This document shows, one piece after another, positions 14,420 through 27,255 of a stretch of 64,000 bases of DNA. Source of the stretch: Eledone cirrhosa (taxonomy: Eukaryota); assembly GCA_964016885.1 (NCBI GenBank), contig OZ024740.1:220162001-220226000 (forward strand), given 5' to 3'. The translations under genes were made by a program, and so were the position numbers. Under the pieces are notes generated by a model. It was given only the letters and a program-made list of their open reading frames with translations, did not search any database and was not told the DNA's origin. The first letter of the stretch is position 1, and each line of letters begins with the position of its first letter.

Positions 14420-14700
14420 CGTAGTTACTGCATGATTTACACTCCAATATTCATTTTAAAAATACGCGGTAAGAAGGAAAATGTTTGATTCGAAATATCA
14501 ATAGATAGTTGTAATTGTAGTAAACAAGATACGATGATTTTCTTTTTTGTAATTACATTTAGAATGGTTTCTGCGAGGATAGAGAGAGTGAGAATGAGAA
14601 AAGGGAGAGATAGACACAGACAAAAACAAGAAAACGAGGAAGCAGCAGACAACTGCTTCCTTCCTGGAGGACAGAATGGACGAGAGTGAAACACGACAGA
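14420..14700 (-). other. Candidate non-coding (5'-UTR) exon of a minus-strand host gene
   Basis: Strong donor ACG|GTAAGT (plus-strand ACTTAC at 14414-14419); repeat-free, CpG-retaining sequence next to the candidate promoter; upstream boundary unknown. Confidence 0.35.
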
Positions 14701-14964
14701 AAGTAGATTGCCTACTTAGCAGAGGAAGGGAGAAAGAGTAAGGCTTGATGAGAAAACAGTATAAAGTGAAAGAAAGAAATATAATAAAACAAAATATATA
14801 TGGAAAACTGAGAAGCTGAAATTAAAAAAATAAATAAATAAAAGATAATAAAAAGGGAATAAATACTATGGCAGAAACTCAATAGTGTGAGGAAGTTATT
14901 TTAATGCGGAAGGATCAAATTAGCGAGAAGGCTAGCATACATAAGAAGCACTCTAGACAGTTAT

Positions 14965-14978
14965 GTAACCATAGTAAC
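14965..14978. promoter_or_regulatory. RFX X-box-like motif in candidate promoter region
   Basis: GTAACC-AT-AGTAAC matches the X-box consensus GTHNYY-AT-RRNAAC; it lies in a TE-free, CpG-retaining stretch (~14250-15250). Confidence 0.45.
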
Positions 14979-15915
14979 AGTTAGCAGTATCGTAACTGTT
15001 AAACCTACGCACTAATACATAAAATGCCGTAAATAGTTCTTAAATAGCAGACGATTGAAATTCGGTCGGTCTATTAAAAGTTGTGTTCGCTTTTACTTCG
15101 CAAATTTTCTGGACTTTTTTTTTTCTTTTAGAAATTATCATTGAATTTATATACCTATTTACAAATTTTGTAACCTCTATTAAATTATTTCTTTTGCATT
15201 GTAAAAAATACATCAATGACTATGGCTTTGGTCTTAACCTTTCACCTTTCGAACTTGCACCTAAGATTTTTCCATAAACCATTTATGAATATTCAATGGG
15301 GATCCAGTTGTCATTCTATATATATATATTTTTTTTTTTTTTTTTAATTGGTGCAGAATTTAGTAACTCGAGTGTAAATATTTTAAATATATTGAAGAAG
15401 AACACAACAAAGACTTCCATAGTATATGAACATGGCTTTGTTATTTAATATATAAAGCAGGGAAAAGAATAAGCTGGTAGAAAGTCAGCTTGCAGAAAGT
15501 GCAGCTTTACTAACACCACACCAAACTTTTCAACTTCTACATGCCACTTTCATTCCAAACTGACTACACAAGCTACTTCTAACAACACAGAATTCAGATA
15601 TATTTTACAGTATGTGGAAATATGCCAGTATTATGCAATATTAATATAGAAAGACAATTTAGATACCATTAAACACCCATTCTAAATTTAAGAATTTTTC
15701 AAGCCTATAGAAGAGTTAACATACATTTTAAAGATTATTTAACAGTACAATCTAACATTTCAACAAATTCTTTTATTCTATCCAACTTTGGAAATCCATA
15801 AATCAGATTAACATAATAACATACATCTTACAACAGGAAAGATTAACTATTATAAATAAAAGACAAATATCTGTCAGTTCAACTTGAATTTTGAAATTAC
15901 ATATTTTGTAATCAG

Positions 15916-16100
15916 GATATATTCGAATATAAGCCGACCCCCCCCCCCATTTTATGTCTGAGAAATGGGCAAAAATCCAAACCCCATTTATAAGCCAAGG
16001 CAACTAATCAACACATTGTTTAGATGGTGTATTTAAGCCGACTCCCCTTCCCCCCATTTTACACATCGATTTTGGGGGGGTCACATATTCCTTGGTTTAC
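15916..16100. mobile_element. pogo/mariner-like MITE fragment
   Basis: TATATTCGAATATAAGCCGACCCC end motif; same family as 36500-36713 and 47114-48070. Confidence 0.65.
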
Positions 16101-16759
16101 AATAATAGCATCAAAAAGTCATAATGCAAAGGTACCTTCATCTTTCTTCTCCTGAATCTTTCTGATACCAAACCACCTGAAACTGTCCTGCTCATTTTAA
16201 AATGATTATCTTTATATTAAATCCTTTCCTCACAATTTTATTTTAGAATTTTTTCTTAAATAATATTCTAAATATCAGCTTATTAATGGAAAACTTATTT
16301 TATTAAATTTCTCTAAACGTTTGGTTATTTTCAAAATTAAATGAAACACTTAGGCTGTATATTTCATTATAAATATAGTAATGAAAGGGTTAATAATAGT
16401 AGTAATGATTTCTAACATAGTTACAATGTCTCAGTTTTGTGGGAAAGGGTATAATTTATTTATTGACTGGCAAGTTATATTATCAACTTTAGAAGGATGA
16501 AAGACAATCAGCATCAGCATCCTTTAACATCTGTTTTCATTGCTAACAAACTGGACAGTACTCAAGTGGAACTTTTGAGCTCCAGGTGGGTTGAGAGCTA
16601 AACATATGATCCTGCACTCTACTATATGCATTTTATTGTAGCCCCAACACGAAGTAAGCTGTCATGTCCTTGGTATAGCTGAAGAGTCTTCCCAGCCCTT
16701 TGTTTGGCAGGAAAAAGATTCAAAAGCGGTTTACTATGTTTTAAACATGGAGAAAGTAT

Positions 16760-16978
16760 TTAACTCTTTAGAATTTACATTACTCTATATTTACTATTGT
16801 ATTTTTGTGGTAAAGGCTTTATCTTACATAATTATCTCACATAATATCAAATCTACGAGATTTTGATGTTTTTTTATTTTTAGAACAATACCTTAATATA
16901 ACTATGAGTGGCTAGTTATGGCCGGTTTGAACAGAAAAAGGTGAGAGAATTCTGGCTGGTTTAAATGCTAAAGGGTTA
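16760..16978. mobile_element. piggyBac-type MITE family A
   Basis: TTAA|CTCTTTAGAATTTA ... TAAATGCTAAAGGG|TTAA; other copies at 35088-35296, 38519-38913, 42364-42592, 44208-44436 and 51768-51983. Confidence 0.85.
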
Positions 16979-17479
16979 AATTAAAGAGTAAACAATAATA
17001 GACTCCAAGGAAACTAGTGGTTGTCAGCCTCAGCAATGAGTGAATATAAGTAGTTGAAAAGTATAAATAAATTTGTTGCTGTGAGGAACTACAGTTGTAA
17101 CACTTTTTGAAATTTTTAATTACTCTTAGGCATTACATTATAATTTCCACTTCAGTTTGCTAAATATTGTTTTATTTGGGGGAGGTGGGAATTATTTTTT
17201 GTTGTTTTTTTTTTCTTTTTCCAACCAGAAAACAAGGTGAGAAAAAAAAAAAAAATAGTGAAGTGATGAGCTACACAAACACCGAATCAAACAGAAATCT
17301 AACAAAAGTGAAAAGAAAAACAAAAGATATTAAGGAATATTTCTTTGATATCAGTGAGGATTCTGTGGTAAAACAGGTTGTAGAAGCCATGATCCCCTAC
17401 ATGGCCTAAACATTGTTGTAGGCATTTCAGCTGTGACTATCTTGTCTGTTTAGGGTTCTGTAGGACTCAATTATCTAGA

Positions 17480-17770
17480 ATGGTCATGTAGTTGTCACAA
17501 TAAAAAAAGCACCCAGTACTCACTATAAAGTGGTCATGTAGGTGTCATGATAAAAAGCACCAAGCCCACATTGTAAAGTGGTCATGTAGGAGTCACAGCA
17601 AAAAGCACCCAGCACACACTGTAAATGTGGTTAGCATTAGGGAGGGCATCCAACTGTAGAAATCTAGCCAGAAACACTTCTGCATGAGCAGGACACAGTC
17701 ACCTGACCCAACCTCAAATGGGATAACTCATGCTAGTGTGGAAAGTGGATGTTAAACGATGATGATGATA
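17480..17770 (+). mobile_element. RTE/SINE 3' tail module with ~45-bp internal tandem repeats
   Basis: Repeated AAAAGCACCCAG..CACACTGTAAAGTGGTC units, then AGGGCATCCAACTGTAGAAA and (GAT)n; similar modules at 28822-29110(-), 29500-29860(+), 30457-30830(-) and 56740-57067(+). Confidence 0.8.
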
Positions 17771-18980
17771 TATATATATTTCAGATAGTGATTTAAGGAA
17801 GATTTTCCTACAGGTTGTGTGGCCATATATTTCACCAAACATTCTTTCTTGACTTGTTCCTTCTCTTAACACTTTTGATACCAAACCATCTGAAACCGCC
17901 CCTGGATCTATGATACAAAACTGCTCATTTTAATATGTTTATCCCTATATTAAACCTTCCATCACAATTCTATTTTAGAAATGTTTGTTAAGTAATATTC
18001 TAAATATCAGCTTACTAATGAAAAATCTAGTTATTTTGTTAAATTCCTCCAAATTTCGAGTTGTCCCCTTTTAATGAGAAGAATTTCTTCTCAGGTAGTT
18101 TCTTTCCTAAACATCTGTCTTATGGAACTCTCTTTCTTCTTGTTTCTCAGGTAAGTATAATCAGACCCAATGCCAGGCTTTGGTGATTGGTTGGTTGGGG
18201 TTAAACAAGGCCTTCAGAACATTCTGTGTAATCACTCTAATTCACAATAATTCTTTGGCGAAGTATTGGAACAAGATTATCACTGTAAATTTACCTAAAT
18301 CTGAAGGTACATCATTGAAAAGTAGGAGGACAGTGCCATGCAGTGACTGCAGCTCTCATCCCCCTTGGCAATAAGCTGTGTATGATTAAAAATATATTTA
18401 ATCATCTGCCAATTGTTTTCTAATTTCAAGAGTAGCATCTCATTAGATTTTTTTTCCATCCTTTTCTTTTGTAACTCCCTATAAACTATGTGGTTGCTTA
18501 GGGCCTGCTGTATAGCTGGTTACTGATAACTTACTGCCTTTTTGTAAAGAAAAAGAACAATAAACTAGTTTCTCTAACAAAGATGTTTGAGAAGTCTGTA
18601 CAAGCAGCATTCATTCAGTAACTTGAGAAGTAAAACTTGTTTGACATGGTTTCACCAGATGTACCAAAAGAAAGAGACACCAAATAAAGTATGTTTTGTT
18701 TCGTAAGGCCAGAAATTCTTTTATCTTCAGCTTTAGTTAGATGAAGGCAAATTCTCTAGTAATTAGCCAACTCCCTGATAAATGAAAATATAAACAAAGG
18801 AATATGTAATGCAATGTGGTTGTTCAAGCTGCTAGAAATAGAAGCCAAATTCCTTCAAATTGCATCCTAGCATCTTAAAAAAGGTAAGAAAACAATATAG
18901 CTCTAGATATCCCTAAAATACTGTTATATTAGTTATATTACTAAATCCCACCATATTTTTTATTATTTTAAATATTAATT

Positions 18981-19380
18981 GAAGGCGCATGGCTTAGTGG
19001 TTAGAGCATTGGGCTTGCAATCAGAAGGTTGTGAGTTCAATTCTCAGACCGGGTGATGTGTTGTTTCCTTGAGCAAGACACTTTATTTCACATTGCTCCA
19101 GTTTACTCAGCTGTGGAAATAAGATGATAGGACTGGGATCCCTATCATTCCACTGTAAAGTGGACGTGTAGGTGCCACGGAAAAAAAAGCACCCAGCACT
19201 CCCTGAAAATGAGGTTGGTGTTAGGAAGGGCATCCAGCTGTAGAAATCAAGCCAGAATCTGTTCCCGTATGAGCAAGACAAGCTCAGCCGACCGGACACT
19301 GCCCACAACAGGACCACCCCGTCTAACCCATGCTAGCATGGAAGAAAGGACGTAAAACGGTGATGATGATGATGATGATG
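18981..19380 (+). mobile_element. Full-length tRNA-CORE SINE with RTE-derived tail
   Basis: Head GAAGGCGCATGGCTTAGTGG...GAGTTCAATTC, CORE-like CCTTGAGCAAGACACTT, tail matching the RTE at 49690-50250, (GAT)n end. Confidence 0.88.
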
Positions 19381-19551
19381 GTAACAAAAAGCTAAATTTC
19401 CAATCTGAGGATAACTACCCCCAGCCAACTTCAGAGGTTCTGAATAATTGAAGCTCTCATGAATGAATAATAAGGTGTATTTACATATTTATGGTATCAA
19501 CAATGAAAGGAAAAAGAAAGAGAAACAAAGGAAAAAGAAAAAAAGAAATTA

Positions 19552-19700
19552 CCATATTTCCCGATGTCGAAGACGCTACTTTTTTCCTAAAATAAGTCTC
19601 AAAAATCTACCATGCGTCCTGGAGGCCGAAGGTTGTTTATCATTTATTTTAATTTTTGGTTGTCAAAATTAGGGTGCGTCTTCGATGCCGGGAAATACGG
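19552..19700. mobile_element. TA-flanked MITE (pogo/mariner-like)
   Basis: TA|CCATATTTCCCGATGTCGAAGACGC ... GCGTCTTCGATGCCGGGAAATACGG|TA TIRs. Confidence 0.85.
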
Positions 19701-19769
19701 TAAGTAGCAAAAAAAGAGCAAGTGGGGACGAAGTAACAGACTGTACACCCCAGTCTGAGCTGTATGCAT

Positions 19770-20150
19770 CAGCTGCACCATGCAGACAAAATGGCGAAGC
19801 CATTGCCATGGAGAATGGCTAGCAACACTTGCTGCAACAGTCACCCTACCTCACAGTGCTCTTCCTTTCCAATTTTGCAGTGAAACACAGCTGTTCAGGG
19901 ACTGAACAAAAAGGAAGCAGTCAGTCAAGTCTTGAGGAAGCAGTCAATCAAGTGTCGAGTTATTTTCCTCTCTTCTGCATTTCAGGCAGTAGTGCCTAGG
20001 TTTGCAGGCAAAATGACAAGGCTGGTTGCAGAGAATGGGTCACAGCATATGACGTCCCAGACTAGGAATTTACCTCCCTTGGGCTGAGGCCAGCTGGTTC
20101 CAGTTGTGACGAGAAGTCAGCTGCATCAAGATTCCTTCTGATTATATTTC
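19770..20150 (-). mobile_element. CRE-like LINE 3' fragment
   Basis: Similar to 21790-22010 ('LEPAG', 'LVWDV.CCD.FSA'-type motifs on the minus strand). Confidence 0.6.
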
Positions 20151-20214
20151 ATTAATTATGATGTTATTTATTTATTTATATTTATATATACATTTCTATT
20201 TACATTTAATAGCC

Positions 20215-20312
20215 TATTGCTGAATTTGTTTCAAGGTGAAAATCATCTCATTGGTGTTCTTAGATGCACAGAATCCACATTAGCTTTCTGGAAGGATTCA
20301 CTGAGATATTTT
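20215..20312 (-). mobile_element. RTE reverse-transcriptase fragment
   Basis: Minus frame 'ILPES*CGFCASKNTNEMIFTLKQIQQ' matches the RTE motif 'LPESQCGFR...T.DMIFTLRQ.QE'. Confidence 0.7.
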
Positions 20313-20349
20313 TTGAAGCTGTACTTTTGCTTGAATTTTCCCTGCGATT

Positions 20350-20535
20350 TGAAAAAATTCTCTGAATTGAAAGATCACAGCTCCGATACCACGGGCATGT
20401 GTTTAGAATGTCTCAGGAAAGATTTTATGGGCACTGGACAGATTTTATGGTCACTGGACAGATTTTATGGGCAAAACCAATCGGCAAGAAACCCAAGGGT
20501 AGACCCTGAGGAAGATGGTTGGTGTGACTGCCAAG
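20350..20535 (+). mobile_element. RTE/RTEX-like 3' ORF fragment with internal 20-bp tandem duplication
   Basis: 'IERSQLRYHGHVFRMSQER...ILWAKPIGKKPKGRP*GRW'; AGATTTTATGG(G/T)CACTGGAC is repeated. Confidence 0.65.
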
Positions 20536-20877
20536 ATATATATTATATCTAGTTATCTCATATGACTTAACTTGTTGTGTATAAACACCATCAAATTTGA
20601 AAAAACATATTATTGTTCCACCTTTATAAGTTGAAGTTACCCACAATGGTAAAAGTATACTCCTTTTTTCTTCCAACTAATCTATAGATAAAAATTTTAT
20701 ATTTGCTCCCTATACTTGAGCAGATTTATTCTATTTAGGTAAGATTTATTCTATTTAGGAGTAACTCATATATTTAATACTATGAATAAAATATTCAGCT
20801 TGCAGGTTCAAATTGAACTTCAACCAACACTCAGTATTCTAACAAGACACATTTTATCTTTTATTGTAATCTTGTAA

Positions 20878-21225
20878 AAAGGGTAAAGACCCCTTTCATT
20901 CATGAATGACTATGGGACTTGCACCTAGAAAGTTCTCCATCGAGGCACAAGCCTGGGCAAGGTTTTTTTTGTGGAAGACCAGCAGATGCCCATGCATCTC
21001 AGTCTCCCCTCTCCTCACCACCAATGTTGTCCAAAGGAAAGGCAATTGCCGATAAAGTTTGGTATCAGTGACATCACAATTCATTTCTACAGCCGAGTAA
21101 ACTGGAGCAACATGAAATAAAGTGTCCTGCTCAAGGACACAATACTTCACGCAGTCTGGGAATCAAATTCACAACCTCATGATTGTATGTTCAATGCTCT
21201 AACCACTAAGCCACATGCCTTCACA
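20878..21225 (-). mobile_element. CORE-type SINE with GGGTCTTTACCCTTT tail
   Basis: tRNA head plus CORE-like segment and a distinct 3' region; other copies at 52284-52615(+) and 53775-54100(+). Confidence 0.8.
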
Positions 21226-21769
21226 ATCTTGTTGTAAAATTGAGGAATTAAAGTATCTGGTTTCTATTTTAAAGTCAATAAGAATTGTGTTGAATGATAT
21301 TTGGTTGCTGGACTTAGTAGTGAAACTGCTAAATCTTGCTCAACTACTGAAAATGTATCTTTGGTGAAACTTCTTGAGCTGTCCTTGTAGTAACAGGTTA
21401 TCAGACTAATGTGGGAAAAGGTTAAAATGAAATGAGAAATAAATGCCAAATAGTTCCTATTTTATCAAAAGACCATTGCAATTGTGTACTTGTTTATCAA
21501 GAGTGTGCAGCTTTTTTTATGTATGGCTTTCATAGAAATCATTACAGGCAATTAAATAATAAAATATTGTTGAAACCAGTAAAACATACATACAGTTTTC
21601 TATAGAAAAACTAGAATAACATATTTGATCATTTATACAAAGACTTTCATTCTTCTTTTCATTACAAATATTTTAAAATGGAAAAGGAAGGGAAAGGCAA
21701 TGGCTCTAAGGCCACAGAAGAATGGGAGAGGAGCAGGGGAGGGTGATGGCCTTAGGCGTGGCAGTGGCG

Positions 21770-22580
21770 GTATTTGTTTGTCTTCCTTTACTCTGCATTG
21801 TGGGCTGCAGTACCAGGGTTTATGGTCAAAGTGACTAAGTTGGAGGCAGAGAACATGTCACAACATCTGGTATCCCAGATGAGGGATCTACCTTCAAATG
21901 GGACGAGGGTAATTCTGTTATGGTACTTGCCATCTCCACAGTCAAGGCCTGCTGGCTCCAATTGTGATGGGAAACCAGCTGTGTCCAGGCTCCTTCTAAA
22001 TATGTCATTAAGAGTGGCATGTCGTGGGAACTGGCCTGTGCTCTGGCGGCAAGACAGTGGATGCAGGCCAAACTTGTCAACGACTGCCCTACAACAGCAT
22101 TTATGTGACTCACACATATAGAGGCTGAGGCATTGGGCCACTCTGATGTGAGTGCACTCATCATCAAGAAGGGTACTGGTTGATGAGGAGAGCACCGAAT
22201 TGAGCCACACACCGCTGTTGGGCTGTGAAGTGGATCAAAGCAGGCGAGGTGGTGTTGGTCCAAGCCAGACACAATCCGCCTGATGGAAGACCTGATGTCA
22301 TCCCAGTTACATTAGACATTTGTGTACTGAGGGACAGAGATGCCTTTGCCTGTCCAGAGCCTGCTCAAGTTCTGGGGCCACATCAGGTTCAGCCATCTTG
22401 CTGAGGACCTTGCTGATAAGAACATGACAGGAGGAGATTGAGGATAGGTAGTAGGCTGGTAGAGCCAGATCCAAGGCAGATTGGAGGCCAAGACCACTGA
22501 ACCTCACTTGGAGCTTCACTTGTTGCCAGCTGGCACTGTCGAAACTGACATTGCAGATAAGTTCTGCATAGCATTGGATG
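21770..22580 (-). mobile_element. CRE-clade non-LTR retrotransposon fragment (zinc knuckle plus restriction-like endonuclease), degenerate
   Basis: 'FSGLGLQSALDLALPAYYLSS' and 'CCRAVVDKFGLHPLSC...RHATLNDIFRRSL...LEPAGLDCGDGK...LIWD' are characteristic of CRE-type C-termini. Confidence 0.8.
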
Positions 22581-23209
22581 GTGGCATCAAGTTTACATTG
22601 TGTTTGTTATTATATTCTGTTAAGAATAGGTACGCTGTATCCTTGCATATTGTAAGAAGCAGCTCAAAGGGTTAGTGTCAGGAAGAGCATCCTGCCTCAA
22701 AAAGTCCCATCCAACCCATACCAGCATGGAAAATTCACTGTCAAAATGATGATGAGGATGACAATGAATATTCTCTTTAAACAAAAATAGAAGAAAAAAA
22801 AAATAATATTCAAAGAAAACTTACTAAAAAATAAGTCTAACTGATATGAAAATAAAACAAGTACATTTAGAGGAATCATACATGGGAACAGGTTTGTGGC
22901 TTAATGAAATATAACAGTAAACCACATTAATGGATTCAGGTCAACTTACTGTTGTCATTAAGGCAAATGTCAGTTACCTTAATGACAGGGAACAAGGGGT
23001 CGTGGGATACAGTTTTGTTTATGTGGTAACCAACAGAATATAATAACAAACACTATGTGAATTAATGCAATTTCATTTACATATAAATAACATAAATGAA
23101 GTAACATTTTCAAAGGGGTTTTTTTGTTTGTTTGTTTGTTTGTTTTTGCTTTTTTTTTTTTTTTTTTTTTTTTTTTTGTAGCTTAGTCATTTGCAAAGGC
23201 TACAAAGCT

Positions 23210-23410
23210 GATAGGAGAAATGGAGGAAGATCTTATCTACAGGCCATTAATCTGGACTAAATGCTTGTAAAAGACTGGACACTGCTAGACTGATAGAAGA
23301 AATGGAGGAAGACATTGTTATCCTCAGGCCAACAATCTTGACCAAAAGCTTGTAAAAGACTGGACACTGCTAGACTGAAAGAAAATAGAGGGAGACCTTG
23401 TTATCTACAG
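23210..23410. repeat. ~85-bp tandem repeat, ~2.4 copies
   Basis: GAAATGGAGGAAGA...TTGTAAAAGACTGGACACTGCTAGACTGA repeated directly. Confidence 0.8.
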
Positions 23411-23679
23411 TTTTGTTCTCAGCTTAGAAACTTTCACTCTGAGGTCCTGGATGGCAGTGTTGACAGCTTATATATAACACCCATAATGGTCAATATTTCA
23501 GAAATACTACAAGATGGTAGTCTGTTATGAAAATTATCAAGTCATTAATTTTATAAAGCATTATGAAACAAATAAAGTATCTACAGATAGTCGCTTCTGT
23601 TCACTTTTTTTCCATTACAGGCCATATTTTATCTGATTTTCTCAAATATTATTTATAGTGAGCAATTGTTATTGCATGC

Positions 23680-23995
23680 ATGGTCCTATAACTCCTGATG
23701 GAGTCGTAGGGTTGCCATAAAGACATTTCTAGGGCATTTTAAGCCTGGCTGAGCCCATCCTTCTCCACATCTGAATAAAGCAGATTTCTTCCAGTGAAGG
23801 ATAGAAAGTAAGTGAGAAAGAGATTCAGGGGAAGAATCGACCACAGCACAAAACTGATACTTTTTTTATTGACCTAGAAAAGATGAAAGGCAAACTTAAC
23901 CTTGGCGGGATTTGAGCTCAGACAGAAGAAAGCTGGAACAAATACCAGAAAGTTTTCTATCCAACATTCTAATACCCTGCCATTTCGCCACCATC
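23680..23995 (-). mobile_element. Nin/Deu-type SINE with extended ~170-nt 3' tail
   Basis: Contains GCCTTTCATC core; same extended tail at 26478-26785(-) and 27810-28100(+). Confidence 0.7.
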
Positions 23996-25189
23996 AATTG
24001 TTATAACAGTTATTTTTATGCATTAGGGCATTCACATTTTCAAATTTTAAACTCTCCCAACGTTTCATAAGTCATAAAAGTTTGTTTAACATATACATGT
24101 CTCAATTTGACAGTCGATAGAGCATTAGATGTTTGTTCCTTGTCACTGCATTCTGAGTTCAAATCCTGCTGAGGTCCACTTTGTCTTTCATCCTGTTGGA
24201 GTGGGTAAAGAAAGTACCTGCCCAGCTCTGGTCCAGCCCTCTCTCCTTACAGCTGTCATATCCTTGATGTTCCACTGAAACATAGGAGGAAGGATCAAGA
24301 GGCTCTCTGTGTCTACTCAGGACTCCATGAGCATGTTTTCTTCTTGTTGTATAACATATGCACAATGGTTAGATAGACAGATCGAGATTGGTGAGCCAGA
24401 CTAAGGTGTCTTTTGTGGTATTATGGATTGCCTCCCAAACATGCAGCACTATCTGGTCAGGGTCCCCACAATTAGATGAAGGGCTGTCCTGGCATGTGTT
24501 GCATGGATTCAATTAAGGGACACCCTTTGCTTTCTAGGGAGGTCAAATCCAGCTGATTTAGATGTGAGGTCATGGATGATGTCTTGGTTGACAAATTTGG
24601 ACTCATTCCATGATCTTCGCCACTTTTATTTCAGATCAAAGTTATTGTCTTGATGGGTCTTCATTGATTCCCAGAATGGCACTGAAAACCCTGTGCGATA
24701 ACATGGTATATGCTACCAAGTCATACTTGATTGCAAGTAACAGTTGAAGTAGTAGTAGATAAGGAAATAATCTAAATCATGTTGAAGAGATAGTTTTAGA
24801 TTATGATTAAGTGCAATTTTGTTTGGCAATTATACACCAGGGCATCTTGTATCTCCCAAAATACTGTGATGAGAATCTTGGTTATTTTGATGATGAAATA
24901 GTTTTGACAATGTATTCTGTTGAGATAATGGTGAATATGTTGGAGATTAATTAGATGATGGGGTTCTATGAAATAGGATAAGGCTTACTACAAGCATTAT
25001 TTTAGATAACAAGAGCAACAATTAGTTTAATGAACACAATTAGAAGTCATATTTGTGGCTGACAAACTTGTGTCAACTAGTTTCTATTGACATTGATTTT
25101 TAAAACTAAATGATAATTAACTCTTAACATCCTGCAATGATTTAGCAAAAAATATCTAAAAACTGGTCTATTAATTCAAATGTTTAGAG

Positions 25190-25475
25190 CAGGGGTTCTC
25201 AACCTTTTTTTCCTGTGGACCACCTAAACTTTTAAATCTTTTGTAATAGAACTGCTACTTATAAGCATCATTAGATGGTTTTTTTAAATGAATTAGAAAA
25301 TGCTATTATCATGTTGCAGTGCCTAAAAATCTACGCAAATAAACAGCTGAAGTCGTACTTATGCGAAGAATAAGAACAGCGCTTTAAGTCAAATGCATGG
25401 ATCAAAAGAGAATTTGCTATTGAAAATTTTCTGTGGACCACCTGTGGTCCACATGGACCAGGTTGAGAACCCCTG
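25190..25475. mobile_element. hAT-type MITE
   Basis: 16-bp TIR CAGGGGTTCTCAACCT / AGGTTGAGAACCCCTG; 8-bp TSD GTTTAGAG / GTTTAGAA. Confidence 0.9.
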
Positions 25476-26916
25476 GTTTAGAATATATTTACTTGTGGTC
25501 AAATCATTTAAACAAATTGTAGTATTCGAGTAAAGACTTTTGATACTAAACCCAACCAAAACTACCTCTATTCTATGAAACAAAACCATCCATTTAAAAG
25601 GATTCCTCTTCAAATTAAAATTTTCCAACATAATCAAAAATGTTGTTGTATTACAAATATAATCTTAATCATAGAGTAATTAATAATTTTAGTGAAGCAT
25701 TTCCAATTCTTCATTAATTAATTGAAATGAAGTGTTTCATTAGAAAGGTGGCCACAAAAGCGTCAATTTTTAATATGATGCAGTCATGGTGCAGTTTTGT
25801 ACTTTTCAAGAATGTTTTGTTAATGCAGTTTTACGTGGCACAGGTTGCTAAAAGTTAACTGGTTTGTATTGCCATTGGCTTATTATATTAATACTAAATA
25901 ATGCATTCTACTTTAGGCACAAGGCCAGCAATTTGAGGGGGGGGGGGGTCATTAAATCCACCCCAGTGTATATCTGATACTTTATTTTATTGACCCCATA
26001 AGGATGAAAGGCAAAGCTAACTTTGGTAGAATTTGAACTCAGAATGTAAAAGGCCATAACTCAGAGCCTTGGAGCAAAATAACCAATGCTCTACCGGTTC
26101 TGCCAATCCACCGCCCTAGTGATTAATGCACATCAATATGTTATACTTTCTAGGCATATGAACTAGAGTGTTGAGATCACAATTGTTAGGTTGTGGGTTT
26201 GATTCCCAGACTGGAAGTTGTGTTGTGTCCTTAAGCAAGACATTTTATTTCACATTGCTCCAGTTCACTGAACTGAAAAAAAAGTGAGTATCTGTAGTAG
26301 CTATGGATTAACCCTGGCATCCTATCCAGGGTAGAGCCTTGTAGTCTTGAATTCTCACATACTTAATACTAATGAAACCAGGATAAGTTCAGTCCTAATG
26401 AGCTTTTGGGTTTGAGACAAACTTTAATTTTTTGTAATAGCTTATGCACTCTGTATTTCTACTTTTTTTCTTTTTCTGTCCTGTAACTCCCAAGGGAGTC
26501 ATAGGAACACACCATTTCTAGGGCATTTTAAAACCTAGCAGAGCCCATCTCCTTTTCAGGTCTGAATACAGCAGATTTCTTACAGAGAAGGATAGTGATA
26601 TAATGGAAGTGAGAAAGAGATACTGAGGAAGAATTGACTCCAGTATTTGACTGGTACTTTTTTTATCAACCTCAAATCGATCGATGGAAGGCAAAGTTGA
26701 CCGTGGCAGGATTTGAACTCAGAGAGCTGAAACAAATACAACAAAGCATTCTATATGATGTTCTAATGACTCTGCTAATTTGCTGCCTATATATTTCTAC
26801 TACACTTTGAATATCTTCTCATATTATTTGGATCACCTAATTACTCTGTTTTTAATGATGAAATCTATTTTTAATAACTGCAACAGGTTGTGCACACTAT
26901 CTATCCAGGCTGTGAT

Positions 26917-27192
26917 ATCATCATCATCATCATCATCATTTCATTTTACGTCTGCTTTTTCCCTGCTTGCAAGGGTGGGACGGGAACTGATTCTGGCTTG
27001 ATTTCTACAGCTGGATGCCCTTCCTACCACCAACCTCATTTACAGTGAGTGCTGGGTGCTTTTTTGCCGTGGCACCTTCACGACCACTTTGCAGTGGAAT
27101 GATAGGGACCCCAGTCCCTATCATCTCATTTCTACAGCTGAGTAAACTGGAGCAATGTGAAATAAAGTGTCTTGCTCAAGGAAACAACACAT
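26917..27192 (-). mobile_element. 5'-truncated CORE SINE with RTE tail
   Basis: Near-identical to 48915-49262. Confidence 0.85.
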
Positions 27193-27255
27193 CAGTGTTA
27201 TGTTAATGTTATGACATTGCATGGTTTTTGCATGGCCAGGATTTTTTCCTGTGGT

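Noticed and set aside
17167-17409. 80-aa ORF and possible 8-nt microexon (CAG|AAAACAAG|GTGAGA)
   Set aside because: No recognisable homology, low-complexity start, and splice signals alone are insufficient.
18981-19055. tRNA-like A/B boxes here and in other SINE heads
   Set aside because: They continue into SINE bodies and lack a full cloverleaf, so they are not tRNA genes.
20217-20552. 111-aa plus-strand ORF
   Set aside because: Chance read-through of two adjacent, oppositely oriented LINE fragments.
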